Assembly: GCA_036172245.1 (NCBI GenBank)
Contig: JAYWIR010000015.1
Location: 2,914,001 to 2,978,000, forward strand
Origin: Raillietiella orientalis
Lineage: Eukaryota
Direction: 5' to 3'
DNA: 64,000 nt
Shown: positions 12,063-25,400 of the stretch, piece by piece
Layout: every line of letters begins with the position of its first letter
Numbering within the stretch: the stretch's first letter is position 1
The notes under the pieces: generated by a model
What the model was told of the DNA's origin: nothing
Database searches by the model: none
Seen by the model: the letters and a program-made list of their open reading frames with translations, nothing else
Program-made: the position numbers and the translations under genes

Positions 12063-15000
12063 TTTTTTCAAGTTTCAATACACCGACTTATTCATCTCAG
12101 TTGATGCTATAAGCGAGAAAATCATTTAGGTCAACGAATTCATGTGTTAGCTTTCAAGAAAACTACAGTCTAAAGTTCTGATAACGCATTGTATCATAAA
12201 CACAGAATCAAAACTAACTATAATTAACTGTAACCAACGATTCTTCTCGCATATACTTATTTTTTCCTTGAATACTTAACAATCTTCCACCCAAATTATG
12301 TAAACTAAAATATTTCTAAAAAGTTGATGTACAATCACAAACTGTATTAACAACTTGTTTTTAGTTTTACACAATTATTATCACCATTTCTGTAAAATAA
12401 TGTGGTTAGGATTACTTTTCGCATCAATTAAAACACTACAGATACTAGAACGTAGTTTTTACTTTCCGGTAAGGTTAATCACATGCAACGTTCACAGACA
12501 TTTTGTTACTAGCGCTCCTTTTTAGCGCGTTGTTTAGCAGGCTTACCGAAGACATTAATTTTGACCATAATTTACTAAAAATTTTATGCATGAAGAACTC
12601 TAAGAGAAATTCATTCAGACCATCAAATCTTAATCATTTTTAAAATGAATCCCATAATAACTGCTACTATGAATCATTAGATTGTAACAAATGTAACAAT
12701 TTGAAAAATCAAAAATTTAAAGCATTTTATAAGTGACAGTAGTTATCAAAATCCTTAAAAGGTTCTATATTCAGAAATATCGGACGAAAAAGCTTCTTTA
12801 TTAATTTTTAACCTCTTAAATTCAAATATATATTACCCAAAAATATACATTTTGATATGATATATATATATATATTCAGATATATATATATTATATTCAA
12901 ATATATATTCATCCTTGTCACCAGAGAACTATAATAAGAAAACAATACTGAAGTAAGATCTCAGAGGAATACAACCACAAGTTCAAAACATTTCTGTCCT
13001 ATATTTCTCAGTGCCCTTACTGTCAGCTTCGATGTATTGTATAAATGACATGTAGGTTAATGCTTTCATTAAGCTATTGGTAGAGTTGTGAGAAAGCTGA
13101 GTTCACTAAAGTTTATAAGATTGAAGAAAATAGTCAAATATTTTGAAAAATAGACTAGTTTGTTTCGTATAACACCAATGTTGTCTTCCGAAATGATCAA
13201 TAAGTGAATGTATCAAGCATTATTTGTGGATTATGTAAACTATTTAAAGCATAAAGATTTGCCGAGAAAAGATTATTCCTAAAAGATTTATTCCTAAAAG
13301 ATTTAAAAAACTAATTGCTGCTACTAGATCTGCAGCCCTGGTCACAAGGTTCCTCACAATAGCTTCCTAGTTGACAGTTACGCGAACCATTTATAAATAA
13401 AATATAGTCAAGTTTAATAGCTATTCAAGAGCTAATTTTTTAAGAATTGCATGAATCTTTTGGATACAGAAGATTCGCCAAGAGCGTTTCAAAGAAGTGT
13501 AGAAAGCCGTGATTCTAGTGACACTAAAGTAGAGTTTCCTGTAACTGTACATGAACTCAAGGTACCAGTTACGTTTATAAGGAACTATAGGACTGCTACA
13601 GTATTCTGCTACAGAATGCTTCAAGGAAAGTTGCTTATGGGCCAATTCTTCCGAAAAATAAATAAGGAGGAGTCTGTTGTTCTTCATAGAGCAGATTAGT
13701 AGCTAGAAACTGCAATCAACTAGAAACTGGATTCCACAACCTTTCAATAAGTTAATAAGAACCCTGAACTCATATACATAAGCAAATTAAACCCAGGCAT
13801 CAATTACTATATCATTGTGAAGAGTTGGTCATAGTATTCTGTGATCAGTCTGACACTCTTTAGTACGAAAACAGGGAAAAAAGTTTCTGTTCTCCCTGAA
13901 ACAGAGTCAAAGGTATTCTTCTTCCGAAGTAAGAACCATAGAATGGGACAGTACATATCCTCACCAAAGGGCTGCTGTGCCGATTCCTTCAAAATGTCAT
14001 TATCCAATACTTGGAACTTACTAAGAATCAGAATTATCAAAGCCAGTTACTACTGTCTTTTTAAGAACAAGTGTCGTAATTAAGGATACTTTCTTACATT
14101 TACAGGAAAAGAAGTATGGGTTTAAATGCCTTTCGTTGCACATTTCAAGCATATGAACTAAATGAACGAATTGAGAACGTTTACGCTTAACAGGAAGATT
14201 GGGACAAAAGCTAAAACACTGGAAGAGATGAAGGAGTATGCACGACGATCACTCGAAATGAAGAAAAGCTATTGATCAAAAATTTTTCTATGAAAGCAGA
14301 GTTGCGGATGTTTCATCATTATGAAGTGGATCATGGCACACACTGTGTTGTTAACTTGACCTGCTTCTTACAGCCAAAGTACTTGACCATAATGATGGAT
14401 ACATCCAAACTGAACATGTAGTTACAACAAAAATGTTGTTTAAAATCAGCACATAAATATTTACAGTTTTGCATCTGTTGTACAACTTGCATCTTGAGAT
14501 GTTTTTTCTTGCAATTATACGGAATTTCATGACAGTAGCAAAATTTTAATTTTTCTGTATGAGGACATTTACTTTAAAACACGATATGCCTCAATAGACA
14601 TACCCGAAAATAATTGTTTCAGAAATAAAGGATTTCACTCTGCAGTTGAACCCAAATGCATTTAAAGTATGCCGAATAATGGAATCTTACGGAGATAAAG
14701 AACATTTTGCATTAGAGTTAATCTACGAGTTATAAAATATACTTACTTTCATTTAGATCACATGATCTAAATTGAAACGAAAGTAGATGAACACTTTGAA
14801 ACTGAAACCTAATTATATAAATTTGGTATTTATATTAGAATTCAGTGCAAATATTCTGGTAGTAACAGGACAGTGAAGTTATTTCATCTTGTGTCCACTT
14901 AATATTGTGCGTATATAGATAATGAATGTTGTATTTTGTTTTTCTTGGTTTATTTTAATATTCTTGTGCCTTTCTTCTGTTACACGTCTTCAGTTGTGGA

Positions 15001-15299
15001 ATTTCAACCATTTGCATTACATATCATCTACACACTGATTGTTAAAGGATACAGGAAAGCAAGAGCTATAGTTAAAAAAATGAAGATACTTTCCAAAATA
15101 AGGAATAATGAATGTGTTAAGTTGTGCGTTTTCTTGAATCTATCACTAAATCAGTTTCTGTTTTTGCGTTCTCTGTTTGCTTCGAAGTTTTTAATTCTAT
15201 TGAAACTTTTGCAATTTCAATCACGTTCAAGTAACACTCGATGCGCAAAAGTGCGACTTAAGCAATCTAAAATCAAGGAAATGGATCAGTTGCTTTGAA

Positions 15300-18200
15300 A
15301 TCCGGATCCTACTCTTTGTTCTTTATGAAGAAACCCCCCAAAATTTTTTTTCCAAAGTTCTCAGCAAAGGGTTTTCATGTTATTAAAGAAAACCCAAAGT
15401 TAAGGGAAATTATGACTATTTCTAACATCAATTGCAAATGAAGGAAGCCTGAGAATCTCTCAGTATTTGGAAAGGCTGTTGCCTTGGTATTTCCCGGTTA
15501 TTGCATTCTTAGAAAGCAATACATTAAATACTAATGAAACAACAGAAATATGCATTGCTAAAAAAAGTAAGGCTTCCAGACTATGTTTGCAGAAATTCCC
15601 ATGTTATCAGTTTTTTTGTATATACATGTAAAAACCACATTTCCGTTGGTTTTCGATTTCATATTGAAAAGATATGCAAATTAATATTCCGAGTAAAAAT
15701 GAAAGAGGAAGCACGTTAAATGGAATTCTATTTGAAGTGCTTGATATTTAAAGTTCATTAATTCCAACGTGGCCGCCACTTCACCAATATTGCTTAAGAA
15801 TATAATCCGATGTTCGTGGAAAAGCCCACAAGAAGAAACATTTTTTGTGATAGTCGAAGAATGAGGAACTTGAAGACAAGATATTCTAGATTCAAAACCA
15901 TTAAAACACTATATAGAAAAATAAGTACGCTTTTCATTCCACAAGAAAAAAAACCTCAGGTTTATCTATAAAGTCCAACTTCACAAATGCTTTATAAAGC
16001 ATCTGTGAATACAAAATGTGATTTTTTTTTATACAATGGAAGTCTTACCTGGATTTTCAAAGGAGTGAGGAATGGTGGCAAAACGAAAAGTGAAGAACTT
16101 AGAGAATCTAAAGTAATTTCCCTGATACTTATTTTTCTTGTATTTATATGTTTCATAATTAAAAATGAAAGGAAGATAATGCAACCATCGGTTCAATAGT
16201 AAGTGATCTACAAAACCATTCAGAGCTCACATCCCAATCATGTGAAATATGATTTGATTGATTTATGCAAACTCTCGAAGCATGTACTTCTCTCATACAA
16301 ATTTGTAAAAGACACCTTCACGGATATTGACGCATCACAATAAATAATCTTGCCAAACTTCATGGATATTTTCTTCAGCTGCATTCTCTCTTACTTTTCA
16401 CTTTGCTATCTTTTAGCTTTATTGGTGCTTAAGACTTTGTTCACCTTTGTTTTACTTCATATGGGCAGATGATCCAGTAATCCAGATTTTACCTGTGCAA
16501 CGAGTTGAAACATTCTGCAAAGATTGTTCATTAGTCCTTTTCCACGTTGCTATCCGGTTTTCCAGTATCATGCTTGCGGTTTTCTTCTCCTATGTTTTAC
16601 AAAGAGAACAAAAAGATTTTCATCCTATAAGTTTGGGTTGTTTAGTAAACTGACCAGTCTGGCTGTTTCATCATTAAAGATATTTCAAATGAAGGAATCG
16701 CCACTGTACATTTTCTTCATCTCGCATTCTGAATTCTCTAAAACATTTTGCACTTTTGTCTCCTCAACACATGACTCTGGTCTCCTTTTTCCTTCTGTTA
16801 TTCCGCAAACATCTTTTTAACACGAATGAACAAAGTTAATGTCATCAATGCAGTTTGTTTTCCATCAATGACATTAACTTTCTGCAGTATTCCTTAAATG
16901 CAATCATCTTTTTTATTTCTTCTATTCAATTTTTCCTAGAGGAGTAGGTGAATGGTTTTGTACAAATCAAGTTCTCTCAATTAGGATTGCTTCCATCTTC
17001 TACCTGGCTACTATAACCAAGCTTTAGCCTGGATCCAACAAATAGGGAGAAAGGTCTTTTGAAATCACTGCAAAAATAGCTAAGGGACTTCACAACCAAA
17101 CGTAAATACTTGTTAAGATTTCCAAAACATTCACTGTAACCTTCTGAATGTCTTGCTAGTGAAGAAATTAGTTACGAAAGTCTCATTCACAAGGCATCCC
17201 CGAAGAGATAAAAACAGCTCAGGAAAAGGAGTTTCGGATTAAAAAAACTTATGTGTGATGGAGGAAAGAAAATTTTTAACGAATCTAAGCAACTTGATTC
17301 CAATCAAGGAAAATAACTAAACAATAGGAACTAGATCTGTGAATAATTCATTTGTTTCATCCTTTAGAAACAGAATAATCATTTATTAGTAAATAAAAAT
17401 GAGCCTTCTTCTCAGGAAAAGGGAAAGGGAACTGAAATAAAATTATTACCACGATGTGTTGGTCAAAGACATCATTAGAAATTAATGCATGAAATATTGC
17501 GAATCTTTTTAAATACTGCATTTTTTTTTAATGTAGGAACATGTTTTTTACACGAAGCGAAGAAATCAGAAAAAGGAGCAATATTATTTTTGAAGCCATG
17601 GAATGCACAGGGGATAATTTTGAGGGCAGTACCTCAGAAATTAAGAGAATCAGTTATTATACTTAATGGGATTCATGAATGCGATAGAATTTAGCTGAAG
17701 TTTAAAGAATAGGTCATAAAACACAATTGTTTCGAATTTCAGGGTGCTGATGACTGCAGATGTTGGTATATCTTTGCAGTTCATTTATATTTGGTATTAA
17801 GGAAATAGGTTCGAAACAGATTCATTACTTGCTTTTCTTGATTAAAAAGAAAGAAAGAAAGAAATGAAATCAAATAATTCATGTTTTCATAAACCTCAAT
17901 GCTTCTATAAACGAAATGTACTTTTATAACAGGAATCAAACTTCCATAGCGGAGATTCTGTTTTGCTGTTTCTAGAAAAAAAATCATCATGACAGTTTAA
18001 AACACTGCATTTTCAGATAAATACCTCTAATTTTCGTTTCGGAATTGAATTCAGATCGTGCATTCGCTTTATTGTGACCAAAAGAAAACCTCGTTGACTA
18101 AAAAAAGGAAACAGTGTCCGTCACATCAAAGTATCTGAGGATTATTGAAGTACTGAAATGTGAAAGAAACAGATTGCAAGACATTTGATTCCCAATCTCA

Positions 18201-19200
18201 TCAGTCCAAGACAAATGGAAGCCGGATATTACATAGTACTCCATTTCAGTACTCTAAAATAAAATAAAAAAATGTTTTTAACAATGTGAGTGCTAGTATA
18301 TAAGTAACATGCATTTAAAAAAAAACAAAATGGATTCATAGCGATTATTTTCATGATTCAATGATATTTTCTTTCGCATCGTGAATCCTCAGGTTTCCGG
18401 TCGCATGTTATCCTCTTCAAGAATGATTAATAAGCCATTGATTTAATAAAGATTATTTGTTTATTTTTGGTTAAGTCCTGTCACCCGCAGCTGAACTCTT
18501 TAATTCAGTCTCAAAGAATTTTAACATATACTGTAAGGGAGTTTGTTACGTTGTAAACTTATTGGATAAATGTTTAGTTTCCATGACGTTCTTTGAGTCT
18601 TCTACATTGAAATTTGTCCTCTGGCGACGAAACGTAGTCAACAGTTAACAGTTTTAAATGCTAGTTTTAATTCATCCTATCATTCTATGTTACAAAATCA
18701 ATTTCATTATTCCCTTAATCATTACTCGCTGATTGTACATTACAAACACAGTCACCTCTACTATTATATGATGTAGCAGAGTGCAGCCATTCGCTTTCTT
18801 TCCTCTGGTTTCCCAGTTATTGATTTTAAAGCTATAGTGCTTTTCATGAGGTTGAAAAAATTAACCCTTGGGTTGATCTGATATATAAATTGAGTTTTAG
18901 CAGCGAATTATTATATTCAGGTTCTCTATCACACACTCCATTTTCGATTCCACTTTCTTTGTTGCTATTTGGTTTCAAGAATTAGACATCACTTAATCAG
19001 AGCTCCTTGCCTTTTGCCTCCACATACCTTAAATTTTTAGTTTCCGAACTTCGACAATCATCCATACCATCACGATGATTCCATCTCCATGCTTTTTCAT
19101 TTGTGCTTTCCTCATGAATCTGAATTATCAGCATTCCAAATTCCTTGGTTTTATCTGTACTTTATACATCCGATTTGTTTCCCATCTCCATAGATCTCGT
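15300..19200 (-). mobile_element. Very old RTE-like non-LTR retrotransposon remnant
   Basis: Minus-strand echoes in the expected order: ETK...KGKEL...ENGV (endonuclease, ~18.9-19.1 kb), VQNVLENSECEMKK (RT domain 0-like, ~16.7 kb), VKVGL-like (~15.97 kb). Riddled with stops. Confidence 0.3.
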
Positions 19201-19739
19201 TAAATGTTTGTTTCTTAAGATCAATCTCGAAAGGAATTTGCTTGTTTCGGGATTTTTATTCCAAATCAATTGGGTTACACAAATTTTAACAATTAACAAG
19301 AAAAGTACATAAAATAGCAATAAATTCTGCTGGCTGTAATCCTGGATCTGGGAAAATGTTACTAAGTGTCTACTGCCCTGAATTTACTAGCAAACTGCTC
19401 TCGAGAAACCGTAGTAAGTAGTGTTGAGGCCCTTTGCAAATGATGGAATTATGATAAGAATAAATATTCTCTGCCTTGGCTTTTAATTGATTGCTGTACG
19501 TGTAATTTATTCTTCCAGCTTAATGAAACTGTTATGATGATGGATTGATCATAGGATTCATTTGTTTTATTGGTTGATAAACTGCATTTTACCCTTGGAG
19601 CATACGTATGATGGTAGAATTATTTGCTTTTTATAAAAAATAATCATTAACTCTAGCTGTTGATGAGATCGTTAAAAATAAATATCTTAATATAAAGTTG
19701 CCTTGATGCTGTTTAAAAGTATTCTTTGCATGTTTATAG

Positions 19740-21182
19740 AGCATTTTTGGATTTGGTCAAAGTGCAGACATCGATATTATACTTAATGGAATCGATACCA
19801 AAAAAGTGGTAGATGTCAAATCAGATGATGGAAAAAAAGATCGCTTCTACGTTTTTTACGACGGTGATCCCATTTCAGGAAAGGTTTGTGAGTTTTATCA
19901 TGAAGATTGTTTTTTAAATGCATGTTTTAAGGCTGGTTAAATATCTGATGCATGCCACTGCTTTGTTTTGTCAATGAAGTCGATTTCTATTCATGTTATA
20001 TCATAGCATACTCCTGTAAAGTAAAAATTGAAACATTTCATTAATTGTTGAGTGTATTCACCAGTGTTTTTTAAATAAGGTGAATATAACATTAAAAAAA
20101 GTTGGACAGAAATTGGAACATCAAGGAATAAAAATTGAATTTATTGGTCAAATAGAGCTATATTATGATAGAGGCAATCATCATGAGTTTACTTCTTTGG
20201 TGAAAGAACTTGCAAGACCAGGTGAATTAATTCAAAGTTCAAGTTTCGATTTTGAATTCAACAATGTGGAAAAACCATATGAATCTTATGTTGGAGTTAA
20301 TGTGAGACTTAGGTATTGTTTTACTGTTTGTTATACATATTCTAAAAACATGTAGATATTTCCTTCGTGTGAGCATTGTGAAGCGCTTGACAGACATCAT
20401 CAAAGAAATGGATATTGTTGTCCATACTCTGGCTTTATATTCAGAATTGAATACTTCAATCAAAATGGAAGTTGGCATTGAAGATTGTTTACATATTGAA
20501 TTTGAATACAATAAGTCAAAGTAAGTGAATCACCATAATAATGTTTAACAGTTGCCTTTGAAAGATATCATTTGAAAGATGTAATTGTGGGAAAAATTTA
20601 CTTTTTATTAGTCCGTATCAAGATTAGGTATATGGAAATAGGAATTCTCAAACGTGAAACTACTGGTTCTGGTAATCTTACATTAGCATGCTTGTTTATT
20701 ATGATATGAAGTCTCTGTCAGGTCCAAATACATTCAATGAAAGTGAGACAATTGCCAAGTATGAAATCATGGATGGTGCTCCAGTTCGTGGTGAGAGTAT
20801 CCCTATTCGAATTTTTTTGGCAGGTTATGATTTGACACCTACTATGAGAGATATCAATAAGAAATTCTCAGTTCGATATTTTCTTAACTTGGTGCTTGTC
20901 GATGAGGAGGAGAGACGGTATTTTAAGCAACAGGTAATAGAAATAACGTTTTTATGTTTAAAAAAAGTACATATGTATATCTAGGAAATCATATTATGGA
21001 GGAAATTAGAGCGCACACGGCAGCCTCTGCAATCTCCAGATCAACATCTTTTGGCTCAACAGCAGTATCAGCAGTTTCAGCAAGTGGAAAAAATGGAAAA
21101 TGGTGAAACAGGGAGCAGCCCAGAGTCTCTTCCTTCTGATGAAGTGCTACAGAATGATGAAATCTCTGAGCTAGAAGATTGA
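19740..21182 (+). CDS. VPS26: Vacuolar protein sorting-associated protein 26 (retromer subunit); ATG lies in an unlocated upstream exon
   Basis: SIFGFGQSADIDI.., [103 protein letters not shown]. Exons 19740-19883, 20080-20312, 20356-20520, 20565-20671, 20722-20933 and 20985-21182. Confidence 0.96.
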
Positions 21183-21977
21183 TTTACAGACATGTTGCCC
21201 TTCATATCTGATGTCTTGCATTGCATCTTGTGCTTGTATACAGATAAAAAGTTTAGAGTTCCAAATTGTTTTATTTTTGAACGAGCAATCTGGAATTGAA
21301 ATTTGGGGAGACAAAATATCCATAATTTCAGAGTGCTATACATCTGGTTCTGTTGAAATAAGGTGTTAATATGTGGGAATTGCAGTCATGCTAATTTGAT
21401 TGGTCTAAACTTTTTTTAGCTTCCGAATAGATGTTTTATTTATATTATTTTTTTTTTATTTGGTTGAGTAGTATTTGGGAATTTCGTCAATCTTGCATAC
21501 ACATTTTGTAGCTTTCCTGTTTGATTGGTCCCATATGTGCATTGTGTGTGCTTGTTCTTAGCAATTCCTAACAAACCTATATTTATTCACCAATAGAATG
21601 TGCCAATAATTTTTTACTGTCTACTTTCAATTTACCAATAATTAAATGTTTTTTATTTTGCATTTTATAGCTATTGTTGCATCAGGCAAATGTTAGTGGA
21701 TTGGATCTGATGAATTGCTTATGATTGTATATTATACCTGTGTTTTTTGAATAGTTATTTATGTTTATAAGAAAAACTCAGTATACTCATACACCACTAA
21801 GATCAAAATGTGAATTCACCCTCTTTTAATTCTTGCATGTAAGCAGTCTCTTAAATTTAATTTGCCAACTTCAACATGTCCAATCAATATTTATTTTTTC
21901 ACTGTATTTTTGATATGCATGTTACATGTATTTTACACTAACTATGAAGTGCACTAGTAGTTGCAAATGTTCATGGA

Positions 21978-21991
21978 AATAAAAGTTTATT
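21978..21991. terminator. Back-to-back candidate polyadenylation signals for convergent VPS26 (+) and ANAPC2 (-)
   Basis: AATAAA at 21978-21983 (+) and TTTATT at 21986-21991 (AATAAA on -), located between the two stop codons. Confidence 0.35.
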
Positions 21992-22492
21992 GTATTGCAG
22001 TCTTTGTTACTTAAATCTGATGAATGCTGCTGCAGTATCAGGACAGTATTTCTTTGATAGCCGTTAGTTTATCTTTTGAAGCCTATGCATGTTCAGTAAT
22101 TGTCATTCTTAGGTAGCATCCCATCACCTTTTTTTATTTCAAATAATCTGTTTTTTCTTAACCTTGGTTTTCGTTTTGTTTACCATTCACGTTGGTGTTT
22201 TTCGTCAGTATTTATGTGCATTATGGTATCTCATATGCATATTTTGGAACAAATGCTTCACAAATTAATTTTTACATCTTGCAATGCTTTGCAAGTCATT
22301 AGTTTTAAATACATATCATAATTAAATACATTAAATATGCATTATACACAAATGAATTGTTCCAAAATTCTTTGAAATACTTAATTGTAATCAACAAATC
22401 TAATACTAAGCATTTCCAGTTTACTTGGATGCTTTCATGTATATTCAGCAAATTAACGATTCAAAGAGAAATTGGATCTCTTTTTACGATTT

Positions 22493-25400
22493 TCAAGATT
22501 TTGCTAGCTGATAGTTGCCTCCTGAGTAAATCAATTCTTGCATTTTAACTTTCTTGTCTAGAAAAGTCTTCAGTGTAGGTAAACTATAGTCTCCTGAAGC
22601 AGCAAACATTTTGAGCATGCAGTGGATTCGCTCTAAAGACATGCTTTCTAAGTTAGTCAGCATACCAACTATGTATGACCAGTACATCTGAAAAAACTAC
22701 GTGCAACTACATATGAATAGAATATTTACCAACCTGGAGATCGGAATCTTTCTGTGAAACAGTTGTAGCTGTAGTATCTTCTTCTTCATCTCCTTCATCT
22801 CCCATCATAGGAAAAGTATTTGATACAACTGACTTCCATGAACTTCGCCCTGCAGGTGGTTTCTCCTAAGATAACCTCACGAAACCTTTCTTTTTTCAAC
22901 CAACCTGCAACTGGAACACATCACAGCTTGCTTCTTGCAATAACCCTATGATCTGCCAATATGTAATTTTCTTTCTCAATGTGACAACAGAAACATGTAG
23001 ATGTTGGCTAAGTTCCTTTAAGGTCCATTCATCTGGAGAAATGACCACCCTGTATTTATCTACTTACTTTGGTTCTCAAATTGCATAATAATAGCAGCAT
23101 GGATAGGAGACACAGTAAAACTGAGTATTTCTTCCTGAATTTCAATCTCCAATTCAACAAAGCCAAATTGAGGCTTCCATATTAATGTCCGGTTACCCTG
23201 ATTATGATTGTGTTTAATGTGAACGGAACAACAAAATGCTGATTTTACTTACTTTAAGCACCTCAAATGCCTTAGTATATGTCTCCAGGTGATCTTCAAT
23301 TATCTGTGGTAGACACAGATTTTCTTCTCGAAGAGCAGGCCAAAACTGCATACTAATGATTATGGCAGTCACTGGAAACTGCTAAAACAACACTACTTTA
23401 CATGAGATGGATAATGGTTTTACTACCAGACTGTTTTGTTCAGATGCTACCAGTGCACTGATGCGGCGAGAGTCACTCACATCTTTCAACATGACCTCAC
23501 AGTTATGCAGAAGTGACTCCCCAAAACGGCATTTAAGCAATTCCAAATTGCGAAATTCCCTTGCTGGATCACAATTCATCTGTAGAAGAATGCGGTCAGC
23601 CAGAAGATTACGATATTCTTGGATAAATAATTCTTTGCTTCCATAAATGTTGACTAGCATAGAGATGATATCTGTAACACAACCTCGCTAAAACTTTCAG
23701 TGTTCATCTTTGTAAAAGGCAATTAGAGCACCTGCTTCCCTGGAGGAACATCAATAGGATCAGGAGACCAATGTTCCCAGGATTCTTCTGGTTCCTCAGC
23801 CGAGTAACTCTCATCCAAAAATAAAGGTTGTGGTCTTACTAACTCTTCAGTGAGCTCCCCGGGATGATCATCAGTTAAACTGGACACAATGCACCTTACT
23901 GTGTCTTTTCTGTTACGAAGATATTTGCTAAGGGATGGAATGTAGTGTAGTAAAAAAAATTAATTTACCGAATCGGTTGGCATACAAGATCCAGAATGAT
24001 GCCATCGGGATCCAAGATGCGAAGTGCTTTAATGGCAGATATATATGCAGTTAAAATATCCATTGTATTCACTCCAGGATGAAGCAGCCTAGTCTCAAAA
24101 GAATTTTTGAGACTTACAATAAGATGAGTACGTAATTCAGTTTCCTTCAGAGATTCTCTCAAGTCTTCCAGTGCAGGCTGGGATTCTGGAAATTCTAAAG
24201 CAAAATTGAAAAGAAAAGGAACATAATTCCCCGACATTTATGCAAAAATCAAAAGAAAATAGTTAAATATAGACCAAAGATATCATTACAATCCTAAGTT
24301 AAGGAAGATAAATTAAACTTTCACAATACATACATTCTCTTCCTCACATTCCAGGTTCTGAGATATTTAAAAAAACATGCATTGAATGAAATGAAATGAA
24401 TGAAAACATGCACAAACACACATGAATCCAGGAAGTCATTCAGGAAAAGCAAGCTTACCAATAATAATATTGAAGAGCTGCTCAGTGCGAATAAGTGTGT
24501 ATGTCTTATATAGATGCTGATACAGTTTTTGTTTAATCACACTTATATCATTGTTAGGTAGCAACGATTTAAACCAGCCTTCAATAATTGTATTAAGCCA
24601 CTAAAATAATGAACGGTTCAAATTATATAGATATCTAACACATACATGCATACATGCTGCACTATTTTATTATATCAAATATTAAATTTAAGAAGTCCTA
24701 GATGCACCAAATAGATACATGTATTAAATACATAGAAATTACGTTTCAGGAAATTCAGTGTTTCAAATAATTCTTCTTGAGCTTTTTAATTCCTTTAAAA
24801 AATACTTATTAAACATAAATCATGAATGTGCTCACTTTATTTAAAATTATCAAGTGACTAGTTTCAAATAATCCTTTACAGGTTTCTTGTACTTGTTCTT
24901 CAATCTTTTTATAAAGAATATCCATTAAAACATCTTCACAGAGCACAGTAAGGATGTTCATTTTCGTCAGCATTGCATAGACTACAATAAAAAATACGTT
25001 TGAAATAATCTAAATACACACAGAAATTACTTAAAACACATATGAGTAACTTTATAAAATTTGCTATTAGGAATAAATAATCACAAAAAAGATGGTCATG
25101 CAAAATAATGCCCACTTATATTTAAAAGGGCATGAATTAAATAAATGGTATGCACAAACTAAACTTGTCAAAATTATTTCAAGAATTCAAGGTCAGAAAA
25201 ACATTTTTGTGAGCTCACCTTTATCAAATTTTTCCAGGATAGCAATACAACAGCAGCTATCATATTCCCTGTTACAGGCTGTGCACCAAATTTCGTCAGC
25301 AGCATCCAATCCCAAATTTTCTAAATGTAAAAATGATATCAGCATAACACAATTTTTTTAAAATCTCTACTAAAATTAATTTTGTCCTATTTTGTATTCT

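Noticed and set aside
13266..13304. Short tandem repeat of AAAAGATT(T)ATTCCT
   Set aside because: About 2.5 copies from slippage, with no spacers; not CRISPR-like.
14280..14400. Possible hAT transposase dimerisation-domain remnant
   Set aside because: Only a vague motif resemblance across a frameshift, with no TIRs or further transposase sequence.
19611..19620. ATG|GTAGAA as the VPS26 start exon
   Set aside because: Phase-compatible but a weak donor. It cannot be distinguished from more distant candidates without transcripts.
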